A DNA stretch of 64,000 bases, from assembly GCA_965228855.1 (NCBI GenBank), contig CBDDIJ010000003.1, positions 3,008,001 to 3,072,000 on the forward strand, given 5' to 3'. The DNA is from Candidatus Obscuribacterales bacterium (GTDB lineage: Bacteria > Cyanobacteriota > Vampirovibrionia > Obscuribacterales > Obscuribacteraceae). The notes below the pieces were generated by a model. It saw only the letters and a program-made list of their open reading frames with translations. It did no database searches and was not told where the DNA came from. Made by a program: the position numbers and the translations under genes. Below, piece by piece: positions 29,296-39,000 of the stretch. Each line of letters opens with the position of its first letter. Positions within the stretch are counted from its first letter, which is position 1.

Positions 29296-30765
29296 ATGGT
29301 CGATAGAGCCAACGCTAAAACCGCAGTAATCAAATACGAGAGCCCATCAGCGTTATCAAGTCGACGCCTGGCTGTAGTGGCGACGGCAATTCTAATAGTG
29401 GTGTTTCCTCTTCCCGTTCTTTATCCTTTATGTGTTCCAATAATCGCTGGATTGCCAGTTGCAATTTTATTGCTGCTGTCCATTTTATCTGCGGCATTTT
29501 TCGCAATTACGTTTTACGCCTATAAGATCAACAGAAACACGCGTCTGGTGCTGACAGACACGGGCATCGTACTTCCGGCAAAGGGCGGCGAGTTATCCAA
29601 CGATATCATTCCCTGGTCAAAAGTGGAACGCATCGAAGTCACCACACCTGGTGGCACACAACCGAACGCCGCGAACAAAATCGGAAGCATAATATTTTCA
29701 TTGCGTGGCTGGACGCCGATAATTTTAAAACTTTCCTCGCTGGGAAATGAAGACCTGGACAAGCTTGTCAGTGCATGCGAACTGTGGGCAGAGAAAGAGG
29801 CGAAGGATGAAACGTTCAAACGGCTCGTCGAGAGCGTTACTTTGAAACGCCGAGATACAGAGGATTCGAGTTTCACTGCACTCTGGCTGGAGGAGGCGCA
29901 GCGACGCCTTTCGACAACGCCGTTTACCCCGCTGGAACCCGGAGCGCAGCTCCAATCGGGCAGGTGCAAGGTCGTTCAACCGCTGACCGCCGGCGGATGG
30001 TCTGCAATTTATCTTTGCCAGTGGCAAGAGCGCACCTCCGCGATTTTGAAAGAAGCAGTCGTGCCGCCATCCGCCAAAGACGAATTGAAAGCGAAGGCGT
30101 ACCAGCATTTTGAGCGCGAAGCAGTTCTCCTCTCTGGTCTAGACCACCCTCAGATCGCAAAGGTCATGGACTATTTTATTGAGAACGGCAGACAGTATAT
30201 GGTTTTGCAAAGAATAAGCGGAGCCAACCTGCGAACCTACATTCGTGACCGCGGTGCGGTTTCAGAGAGGCAAGCATGCAAATGGGCAAATGAGTTGCTC
30301 ACAATTGTTTCGTACCTGCACAGTCAAAACCCGCAAATAGTCCACCGCGATTTGACGCCGGAGAATCTTGTTCTGGACATGCGCGGCTCGCTGGTTCTGA
30401 TCGACTTCGGTTCTGCCAATGAATTTGTCGGCACGGTTACCGGAACTCTGGTCGGAAAACCCTCTTATATTTCCCCCGAACAATTCTCCGGGCACGCCAA
30501 GCCCCAGAGCGATCTTTATTCGATAGGCGCGGTTTTATCCTTCATTCTTACCGGCAAGGATCCGGAACCACTTACGGTGGCAAGTCCGAGAGAACAAAAT
30601 TCGCTGGTTAGCGAACCGCTCAGCAAACTTATCGAAGAGATGACGCAACTTGATGTAAAAAAACGCACTCAAAGCGCCGAGGATGCAATGGCGAAACTAG
30701 CGGAAATAACCAGTGCCATACTCGAAGTCGACGATATCAGAGAGACGACCCAGACTTCAGGTTGA
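29296..30765 (+). CDS. Membrane Ser/Thr protein kinase
   Basis: Two TMs, GGWSAIY, ILKE, VHRDLTPEN, IDFG, YISPEQ; ATG 2 bp after the upstream stop with GAGGAG SD. Confidence 0.9.
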   Translation: MVDRANAKTAVIKYESPSALSSRRLAVVATAILIVVFPLPVLYPLCVPIIAGLPVAILLLLSILSAAFFAITFYAYKINRNTRLVLTDTGIVLPAKGGELSNDIIPWSKVERIEVTTPGGTQPNAANKIGSIIFSLRGWTPIILKLSSLGNEDLDKLVSACELWAEKEAKDETFKRLVESVTLKRRDTEDSSFTALWLEEAQRRLSTTPFTPLEPGAQLQSGRCKVVQPLTAGGWSAIYLCQWQERTSAILKEAVVPPSAKDELKAKAYQHFEREAVLLSGLDHPQIAKVMDYFIENGRQYMVLQRISGANLRTYIRDRGAVSERQACKWANELLTIVSYLHSQNPQIVHRDLTPENLVLDMRGSLVLIDFGSANEFVGTVTGTLVGKPSYISPEQFSGHAKPQSDLYSIGAVLSFILTGKDPEPLTVASPREQNSLVSEPLSKLIEEMTQLDVKKRTQSAEDAMAKLAEITSAILEVDDIRETTQTSG

Positions 30766-30818
30766 TAGCCTGAACGTCATGTCGCTTCAATTAGAGGAGC
30801 TAAAGCGGTTCTCTAAAA

Positions 30819-31685
30819 TTGAAAAGGTTGGGAATCGAGGCGCTGGTTCATAAACGCCGCTTTAAGCGTGCGCGATTGAAACTTCGTACAATGGCTCGCA
30901 TGAACTCATTAGTACAGACGGTCCTCATTTTCTCAGCGGTCGCAATTTGCGCCATTCCAATTACCGCTGCGGCGCTGCAAAAATATTCTGGAAAAGTAAT
31001 TACGCTGATGACCAAACTGGATCCAAAGCAAATAGTTTCGTCCGCAAAGAAACAAAAGCCGAGAAGATCGGTCGAGGAGGCTGTCAAGGCATACGGTACT
31101 GCGGCTAGAACGCGCGTCCGTCCCGCATTTAAAACAGCCGGCGTCACGTATCCACCATCGAATATCACGCTTGTCGGTTTGAAGGAAGAGAAACTTTTAT
31201 TCGTCCTTGCCCCGGACCCGGACGGCAATCTAAAGAAAGTGGTGGCTTACCCAATTCTTGCCGCCAGCGGCGAGCCGGGGCCGAAACTCATGCAAGGCGA
31301 TTTCCAGGTGCCTGAAGGTTTCTACAAAATTGAGCTATTTAATCCAAACTCGGCATATCATCTATCGCTCAGAGTCAATTATCCAAACGCCGAAGACCGG
31401 GCGCACGCAGCCAGGGATAAGCGGTCGAATCTTGGCGGCGACATAATGATTCACGGAAACGCAGTTTCGATCGGCTGCCTGGCAATTGGTGACGAGCCTA
31501 TCGAGGAACTTTTTGTACTCTTGCACGACACAGGACTCGAGAATGTGAAAGTAATTCTCGCGCCTAGCGATTTGACGAGGAAAGCATCAGGGGTGGATTT
31601 CAAAGTTCAACCCGATTGGCTGCCCGCTCTTTACAAACGATTGAAGAAATCGCTGTCGGCATTGCCTCCGCTGACGGAGGATTAG
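30819..31685 (+). CDS. YkuD/L,D-transpeptidase-family protein (YafK/DpaA-like)
   Basis: GPKLMQGDFQVPEGFY, NPNSAYHLSLRVNYPN, IMIHGNAVSIGC. Confidence 0.88.
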   Translation: MKRLGIEALVHKRRFKRARLKLRTMARMNSLVQTVLIFSAVAICAIPITAAALQKYSGKVITLMTKLDPKQIVSSAKKQKPRRSVEEAVKAYGTAARTRVRPAFKTAGVTYPPSNITLVGLKEEKLLFVLAPDPDGNLKKVVAYPILAASGEPGPKLMQGDFQVPEGFYKIELFNPNSAYHLSLRVNYPNAEDRAHAARDKRSNLGGDIMIHGNAVSIGCLAIGDEPIEELFVLLHDTGLENVKVILAPSDLTRKASGVDFKVQPDWLPALYKRLKKSLSALPPLTED

Positions 31686-31771
31686 TGACCGTGCGCCGCT
31701 CGTCCGTTAAAAACTGAAGAGCCGAACTCTTTCGAATCCGGCTCATGGTGCAATCGAGTAGGTGCTAAACC

Positions 31772-32161
31772 TTATACTTTGACGCTCAATTGAGTGAGCT
31801 TGTCGCCGACAAATGCCAGGAGAGATCCAAGAACGCTCTGTTTCGATTCTGGACCTTCAGTTTCCTGAACCCATCCGTGTCTGAGTTCTGCGCCTTTGAT
31901 TTCCTTGCGCTTAACTCCATGACGGCTCTTCAAAAGAACGTGTCCTGAGGTCCTTTTGGCTTTCTTTACCTTCGTAGTCGCATTGTACTGTTCGGAACTC
32001 ATTCCGTTGACACCATATCCGGTGCCGGCATTGAGCGGCTGGTCATAATAGCCCCAGATGTTCTCTTTGATTTCGAACGGTTTTGGTTCGCGAACAAACA
32101 CGTACCAATAGGCCGTAGCTAGTATCGATAGTTCTACGAGGATTAAAAGGTAAGCGAACAT
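31772..32161 (-). CDS. Hypothetical membrane-anchored protein
   Basis: GGAGG SD; N-terminal TM helix; 129 aa. Confidence 0.7.
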   Translation of the reverse strand: MFAYLLILVELSILATAYWYVFVREPKPFEIKENIWGYYDQPLNAGTGYGVNGMSSEQYNATTKVKKAKRTSGHVLLKSRHGVKRKEIKGAELRHGWVQETEGPESKQSVLGSLLAFVGDKLTQLSVKV

Positions 32162-32639
32162 GATCGCCTCCTGGGCGCAATCGCCTGGCGTGGTTTCCGG
32201 TTATCTGTTGGCAGCAGACGGTTATTGAAATATCTTAACCTTGATGAACATTCTAACGATTCATTACAGAAATGCTAGGGCTTTTAATAATTTTCCTAGA
32301 TGTCAAGCGATTAAATCTGAAAGTCGCAACACGAGACAGAGCCAGGGGATACGAAAGATGGTCACTATTGTTGACATGTAGGGTTTTCAGAACTACCAAA
32401 AATCTTCACATTCCGAGCTGGTATCGCCCCTGATGTCAAGCGATCTTCTTTTCAGAAACCGTCAATTCCTGACAGTCTTCATTAACGGATTTTCGACGGC
32501 AAATTCAACGCAGCAGCGCTTCTTTGTATTACGCTAATCGCGTCAGCTTGAAGCCATTGGAAACACCCAACGTTTCAAACAACATGACATCTTCTTACTA
32601 AATTCGTCGAAAGTCGCAGTCAATTTCAAAGAGGTTTTC

Positions 32640-33830
32640 ATGCAGATCAACAGCGTCGCGGTAATTGGCGCAGGCACAATGGGAGCCTCAATTGCGGTAG
32701 CTCTGATCAGCCATGGCTACACGGTCGTACTAAAAGAAGCGAACGATGAACTACTAAAAAAGGGTCTGGGACATATAGAGAAGATTCAACAAAAGCGTAT
32801 CGAGAAGGGTCTAGAAGCCTCCGTAGCGGACGAAGAATCGCGACGCCTGGAACCCACCACCGACTATGCAAAACTCGCAGATGTCGACCTGATAATCGAA
32901 GCGGTTCCCGAAAACATAGACATCAAAAAATCTGTTTTCGGAGACATTGATGAGAACGCGGATGTCAATGCCATCATCGCGACGAACACAAGCAGTTTGC
33001 CTATCACGCAATTAGCAGCGTTCACGCGACGTCCTGACAAGGTAGTCGGTCTTCATTTTTTCAATCCGGCCCATTTGATGCGGTTGGTTGAAGTCATTCC
33101 AGGTTTGGAAACGTCAGTAGATACAGTCGAGACCGCACTCGCATTCGGACAGTCGCTTGGAAAGCTCGCCGTACGCGTTGATGAATGCCCATCGTTTTTA
33201 GTAAACCGCCTGCTCGGACGATATATGAATGAAGCGCTTTTTTGCCTTCAAGATGGCGTTGCCTCGATCGAGGAAATCGACAACGCGGCAAAAGAATTTG
33301 CAGTCCCTGTTGGACCGCTCGCTCTACGCGACATGAACGGCGCCGATATCGGTTTAGCCGTCGCAAAATTCAACTATCAAGAGTACGGCGAAAGATTCGC
33401 ACCACCTGTCATTCTTGAAAAAATGGTCGAGCAAAATATGCTCGGAAGAAAAACAAATTCAGGCTTCTACCTCTATGACGAGAAGGGCCAGAAGGGCACT
33501 AAAAATCCGAAGATAGAAACGATACTGAAAGAGCTTTCGAAATCATCAAAACAATCGAATGGCAGCTTCAAGGTCGAGCGGCTCTTCCTCCCGATGATCA
33601 ATGAAGCTTTCATCGCTTTGCAAGAACGCATTTGCGCAGTCGAAGATTTAGATCCTGCGCTAATGGCGGGATTAGGGATGCGTCGAGGTCCGCTCACAAT
33701 CGCATCCGACATCGGACTCAAAGATTGCTTAGCCATGATTGAAGAACTAAATAAAGAGCACGGCGAGCGCTTTCGCCCGGCACCGCTGTTGAAACGCCTG
33801 GTCTGGGCCAAACGCAACACAATCTTTTAG
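32640..33830 (+). CDS. 3-hydroxyacyl-CoA dehydrogenase (two C-terminal domains)
   Basis: GAGTMG, EAVPE, TNTSSL, GLHFFNP, FLVNRLL. Confidence 0.93.
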   Translation: MQINSVAVIGAGTMGASIAVALISHGYTVVLKEANDELLKKGLGHIEKIQQKRIEKGLEASVADEESRRLEPTTDYAKLADVDLIIEAVPENIDIKKSVFGDIDENADVNAIIATNTSSLPITQLAAFTRRPDKVVGLHFFNPAHLMRLVEVIPGLETSVDTVETALAFGQSLGKLAVRVDECPSFLVNRLLGRYMNEALFCLQDGVASIEEIDNAAKEFAVPVGPLALRDMNGADIGLAVAKFNYQEYGERFAPPVILEKMVEQNMLGRKTNSGFYLYDEKGQKGTKNPKIETILKELSKSSKQSNGSFKVERLFLPMINEAFIALQERICAVEDLDPALMAGLGMRRGPLTIASDIGLKDCLAMIEELNKEHGERFRPAPLLKRLVWAKRNTIF

Positions 33831-33919
33831 AAAGTGGTTATGCCGGTTCCGACGGCGGAAGCAACTCTTCGGGCAAAAGTGGTTATGCCTGTTCCGGTGG
33901 TGTAAGCAACTCTTCAGCA
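33831..33919. repeat. Imperfect 45/44-bp tandem duplication of the ABC ATPase 3' end
   Basis: AAAGTGGTTATGCCgGTTCCGacGGcGgAAGCAACTCTTC (33831) versus AAAGTGGTTATGCCtGTTCCGgtGGtGtAAGCAACTCTTC (33876). Confidence 0.85.
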
Positions 33920-34905
33920 AAGTGACAAGCAGAGAAGTGCGAAGGAGTGATCTCCCGAAGCTCTGGATCATCGACCTTGCATTTGTCTCGCGCCATCGGA
34001 CAGCGGGTGTGGAAGCGGCAACCCGACGGAGGATTTGCAGGACTGGGCAGATCGCCGGGTAGCAACATGCGATTGCTGCGGTCAAAATTTGGGTCAGGAA
34101 CGGGCGCCGCTGAGATCAGCGCTTTCGAATATGGATGCAGGGGCTGGTTATAAACCTCATCACATTCGCCCAACTCCACGATGCGTCCCAAATACATAAC
34201 GGCGATCCGATCGCTGATGTACCGAACAACATCAAGATTGTGAGCGATAAACAGATAGGTAAGCTTGAATTCCGATTTCAGTTGAATCAACAAATTCAGA
34301 ATTTGAGCTTGAACACTAACATCGAGTGCTGAAACCGGTTCGTCGGCAACGATCAGTTTCGGACGAAGAGCCAGTGCCCGAGCTATTCCCACGCGCTGCC
34401 GCTGCCCGCCCGAAAATTCGTGAGGGTAACGGTCAGCCATCTCTTTTGCTAAACCGACAAGATCCAAGAGGTTTAGAACGCGATCGCGTAAATCAGATCC
34501 GCTGGCGGTTTGATGGACCTCAAGAGGCTCTTGCACTATCTGCCTGATTGTCATGCGTGGATCCAGGCTGGCATAAGGGTTTTGAAACACGATCTGCATG
34601 TCGCGGCGAAACGCCTTCATCTCTTTTTCAGAAGCAGCAAGCACATTCTTACCTTCAAATGTGACACTGCCAGCGGTGGCAGGCAATAATCGAAGCACCA
34701 CCCTACCGAGAGTTGATTTTCCGCAGCCCGATTCACCTACAAGACCCAGTGTTTCGCCTTCGCGGATGGTCAAATCGATACCATCAAGCGCGCGCACGGC
34801 GCCGACCTGCCTGTTAAAAAAACCTTTTCGAATTGGAAAGTGCTTTTTCAGTCCAGAGATTTTGACTAACTCTTTGCCAGTTTCTGAACCGTTTGATGAC
34901 GACAT
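33883..34905 (-). CDS. oppF: Oligopeptide/dipeptide ABC transporter ATP-binding subunit
   Basis: GESGCGKST, FSGGQRQR, DEPVSALD, HPY and C-terminal CRFHTRC...C...CH. Confidence 0.9.
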   Translation of the reverse strand: MSSSNGSETGKELVKISGLKKHFPIRKGFFNRQVGAVRALDGIDLTIREGETLGLVGESGCGKSTLGRVVLRLLPATAGSVTFEGKNVLAASEKEMKAFRRDMQIVFQNPYASLDPRMTIRQIVQEPLEVHQTASGSDLRDRVLNLLDLVGLAKEMADRYPHEFSGGQRQRVGIARALALRPKLIVADEPVSALDVSVQAQILNLLIQLKSEFKLTYLFIAHNLDVVRYISDRIAVMYLGRIVELGECDEVYNQPLHPYSKALISAAPVPDPNFDRSNRMLLPGDLPSPANPPSGCRFHTRCPMARDKCKVDDPELREITPSHFSACHFAEELLTPPEQA

Positions 34906-34914
34906 GTACTATGT

Positions 34915-35745
34915 CTAGCCTCTTGAGCCGTCAGCCAACCGGGGGCGAAGATCGGTGACGCTGCCGTCGGTTCTTTGCCAAACAGCTCCAAATATGCCCC
35001 GTTCAACCAGGTCATCGTAGACAGAAAACACACATTTTCCTGGACCTACACCGGCTTCTTCCAACAATGGTTGAGTCCACTTTTGAAGAGTCATGATCCT
35101 TGGCGCACTTCCTGTGACAACCCAGATCGGAAATCCGGTTTTCAGGAAAGCACGAATTTTCGGCTCCCAATGACGTGTTTGACGGAAGTTCCCAGTGTCG
35201 ATTTCCAATAGGATACGCATCTGCTCCATTTGAGGATACGCAAATGAAATTGTCGCATCAGCTTGTTCGGCACCGAATACGATATCACCCGAAAGTTCCT
35301 TCCAGAACTCACGCCCGGTCGTAAAGTCCAGAGATTCAATGGCGCTCTGGTATTGAGCTTCCTCTAATGCCAATCGCACGTCGACTAACCGCAGGAAGTG
35401 TTCCTTATGATAAGTATGCGGCGGTCCGGTCGGAATTTCCTCCCACGAGATGCCACGATGCTGTTCGAGCGCTTTGGCACCCGCGGTGGTAAGAAAATAA
35501 ATCAGCTCAGGACGCCCACGCCCTTCCATCCGTCCACTCGAAGAACAGCCGGTGAAGCCGGCTTGCTGCAATCGTCGCAATCGCTTGCGAGCGGTTTCAT
35601 AACTGATATCGCTAAAGCAAAGCCGAGCAAGCTGTGTGGACGTCACGGTTCTGTGCAAATAAAGTTGCAACAGCGCCAGCAAATCACGCTCCATCAAAAC
35701 TAACGACTTTTTCCGAACCTTACTCCGCGCAACCCGCTCAACCAT
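34915..35745 (-). CDS. Replication-relaxation (Replic_Relax-like) protein: wHTH + PD-(D/E)XK-like domain
   Basis: ERDLLALLQLYLHRTVTSTQL...ARKRLRRL...YFLTTAG (wHTH), HKEHFLRLVDV, ADA, LEIDTG pattern; GAGG SD before MVERV. Confidence 0.75.
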   Translation of the reverse strand: MVERVARSKVRKKSLVLMERDLLALLQLYLHRTVTSTQLARLCFSDISYETARKRLRRLQQAGFTGCSSSGRMEGRGRPELIYFLTTAGAKALEQHRGISWEEIPTGPPHTYHKEHFLRLVDVRLALEEAQYQSAIESLDFTTGREFWKELSGDIVFGAEQADATISFAYPQMEQMRILLEIDTGNFRQTRHWEPKIRAFLKTGFPIWVVTGSAPRIMTLQKWTQPLLEEAGVGPGKCVFSVYDDLVERGIFGAVWQRTDGSVTDLRPRLADGSRG

Positions 35746-35969
35746 AGACACAGATCTACCGCCTCTGAATTCCCTATGCAAATACAACCGGAATTTCCGT
35801 GCCCCCAGATATCGCAGGACTATCTTGGGACAGCCATTCGAACTGCAACTTCAACGGCCGTATTTGTACCCCTTAAATAATTGTAGATCATGATTGCCCG
35901 ACTGACGATCACTTTGCTACCAACGACCCATAATTCTCACTTCCGGCGGTCTTCTTGAAAGGTTCAGAT

Positions 35970-36007
35970 AAAACAAAAGGTCACGCGGCTTCGCAAAGCC
36001 GCGCGAC
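35970..36007 (-). terminator. Intrinsic terminator downstream of virD4-like gene
   Basis: Minus strand GTCGCGCGGCTT-TGCG-AAGCCGCGTGAC followed by CTTTTGTTTT. Confidence 0.75.
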
Positions 36008-36085
36008 ACCGAAACCGTCAAACCACGAGACATTCTCAGACTGTTTAGAACTCGCGCGCCGAGGTTCGCACTCGACGCGCCTGAC

Positions 36086-39000
36086 TTAGAATTCGACGCC
36101 CTGTTTCTTGCTGTGAGCCGGGTTGAAACCGAATTTGGCTACATCCGGATTCATGCTGGTCACGGTCGAGCGGTGATAGGGATTATTCTGTCCTGCGCCG
36201 ACAGCCTCAGCGGCGACACGCTGCGAGAGCGGTCCGGCATTGGGATTGCCGCCCGTGCCGTACGCCATGCGAGGGTCCACCGGAGCCTGAGCCGGAGCTT
36301 GACCTTGAGCTTGGGCTTGGGCATATGGATTGGCTGCTCCCATTTGCTGAGCGGCTTCCGCCATCGAAGGACGCTTGGACGGTAGGTTCTCACGCGAGGT
36401 CACTTCGAGCCCACCGTAGCGAGGCTGCGGTCTGCCTGTTTCCTTTCTTGCTCCCATTGGTCCGACCACTTGTTGTTGGACCGCCTGGATAGTGTCTTCG
36501 TGATTCGCTTGTTGCTGCGGCGCCGCGAGACTCGGGTTGAGCGACGGGATTGCCGACTGCGCTACCGGAGCTGCTGCAACGACATCAATCTTCTTGCCGC
36601 ACTCAATACAGAACTTGCCTTTGCCGGCATGCTTGCCACAGTGAGGGCAGTCTCTTTCGGAACCGGCGGGAGCCGATGGAGCCGCTTGCATCGGTTCGAC
36701 CACTGAACCGGTCACTGCAGTCTCGATTTGACCATACGGTTGTTGAGCGAACCCGCTGCCGGGGTTGGGGTCAAAGCTCTGTCCGGCGTTGTAACCATCG
36801 CCGATATTGCCGTTGCCACCTGCGTATCCATACGGATCTGTAGTCGGTCCCATCGCTTGAGCCGCTGCTCTCGACGCCGCTTGCAGGTTGGCGAGCTGGT
36901 CATTGCCATAGCCCTGAGCGAAGCCAGGCGCCGCATGCGGTGCCATTCCTTGCTGTGCTGCTACCGTGCCAGCGGCAAAAGCGCCGGCGGTTTCAGACAT
37001 CATGCGACCTGCGTTGGCGAAATCGCCTGCACCATGAGGTACCTGAGCAAAAGCTTGCGGTTGATGCTGCTGCATATTGGTCTGTTCAGGAGCCCTGCCA
37101 AGCAAGCTGCCGATTACCGATTGCACTCCTGTGGTGACCACCTGAGCCAGCTGATTTCCGACAGAACTCGCCGTGGGCGCAACTGGCTCCTGAGGCTGGT
37201 GCTGATGCATGCCGTTCTGTGGAGCTTGCTGGCCGTTTGGACCATCGTGGAAAACATTATTGATTGCGTCTGCTGCGTTCGGAACAGACATGAATGTCGG
37301 CACCGCATTCGGTGACGGAGCGCCGGGAATCGGAGCAGCATGACCTGGTCCATCGCCGCGGCGAACCGAGACGTTGTGCAACAAGTGCAATCTGGCAATT
37401 TCTTCAATACCTCTCAAGTCGACCATGAAAGGTTTTGTTTCGCCGAATTCTGGGTCGCCTGCAGGCGCCAGGTAAACGAGCGCGTGCTGCTTCTCCATCC
37501 GTTTAATTGTGTCAGAGTCAACTCGCGCAACTACTTGTTGCGAGTGAATTCTGTTCCAACTGGACGGGAAGATACCGAAACCTGTCGATTGATAGTGGTC
37601 TGCAATACCAGGGACGATAATGGCGTGCTTGCCGATTTCTTCAGAGAAGAATGCTGCCGTTTGTTCGTCCGCGTTGTGCAGACAGACACGAATTGCGCAG
37701 TTAGAGAATATGGTTCGCATTTCAGCTTCGGCGTTCTTGCCGCCGGAAGTGATCTGAGAGATGTTCTGGAGGATGAGTGTCAATCCGCCGTTGGCACCCC
37801 GGACGATAGCTGACAATCTGCCTGCTACGTCGATGTTCAAGGTTTGATATTCGTCGAAGAATGCGAACAATGGCAGGACCGACTTGGTACCGTATCTGGT
37901 GTGCAAAGCTTGTTGCATTTGATAGACGAAGCACGCAGCTAGAGACTCAGCGTCAGGTCCGAGTGATGCCGGCGCACCGAAGATGAGCACGGTCGGTCTG
38001 TTCATCGCTGCTTTCAAATCGATGTTCGAATATTCCGTAACCGCGAGAACGCCCGGGTTCTTAAACATACGCAGACGACCACGTACGCCCTGGATGTTCT
38101 TATCCCAGTCAGCATCGGTTCTGATGATGGACGAAAGACGCTGCGTCATTTCGCTCAACTCGGTGCCGTTGACTTCGGGTCTGTTTTTCGCCTGTCTCAA
38201 GGACTCGACGATGTTGCGACGGTTGTTGACCAGCTTCATCAAACCACGAGGGTTGCATGGAAGCTGCTCGAGTTCAGAAGCTTGACCGTTTTCATCTTCG
38301 CCGATGACCTGAACGGCGCCCCATTTGAGTAGTTGGGCAAGACCTTCGATGTAACCCATGTCACGCTCAGCCCAGTGCTGCTCTTCCGCGTCGAGTGAGT
38401 TGACGTCCTGCACAATCGAACTTGCAAATGTGTTGGGCGGCAGATCTAGAGGATTCCAGTGCACGGAATCTGTGTCGAGAGGGTTGAAGTACAGTGTGTC
38501 GAAACCGGCTTGTTGAGCCTCAGGCAACACTGTGTATTTGAAACCTTCTTTCTTTTCGTCGAGGTTCGGGTCGTTAGCCTTAGCTTCCAACGCGATGACG
38601 ACACAAGGTTTAGCCAACAAAGATTTGATGATGGCGCGCATCAAGGTCGTTTTACCGGAACCGGACGGCGCTACGATGAACATGTTTTTGTTTGGCAGGC
38701 GACCCATCGGAATCGTGATCGGCAGGTGCGTTCTTGCCAGGAAACCAAACGGAATGACAACGCCGTCGACTTCTTCCCAGGTCGCTTCCGGATTGCGCTT
38801 GCCCATGCGACCGTGACGGCGCAAGTTAGGCGGGCAGAGGAACGACCGCTCGTAATCGCGAGGCGTGAGCATGCCGGACGGGGGATTGAAAGTTCTGATT
38901 GTCTGCCAGGGGAAGAGGCGCTTCTTGTGCGCCGCCGCGATAATCAACGCAAGCAAGACGAGCGTCGGCAGCAAAATCGCGATCGACGTAGCGTCAAGGA

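Noticed and set aside
32299..32444. GATGTCAAGCGAT direct repeat (32299 and 32432) in a divergent promoter region
   Set aside because: Only two 13-bp copies; possibly a regulator site, but not supportable further from sequence alone.
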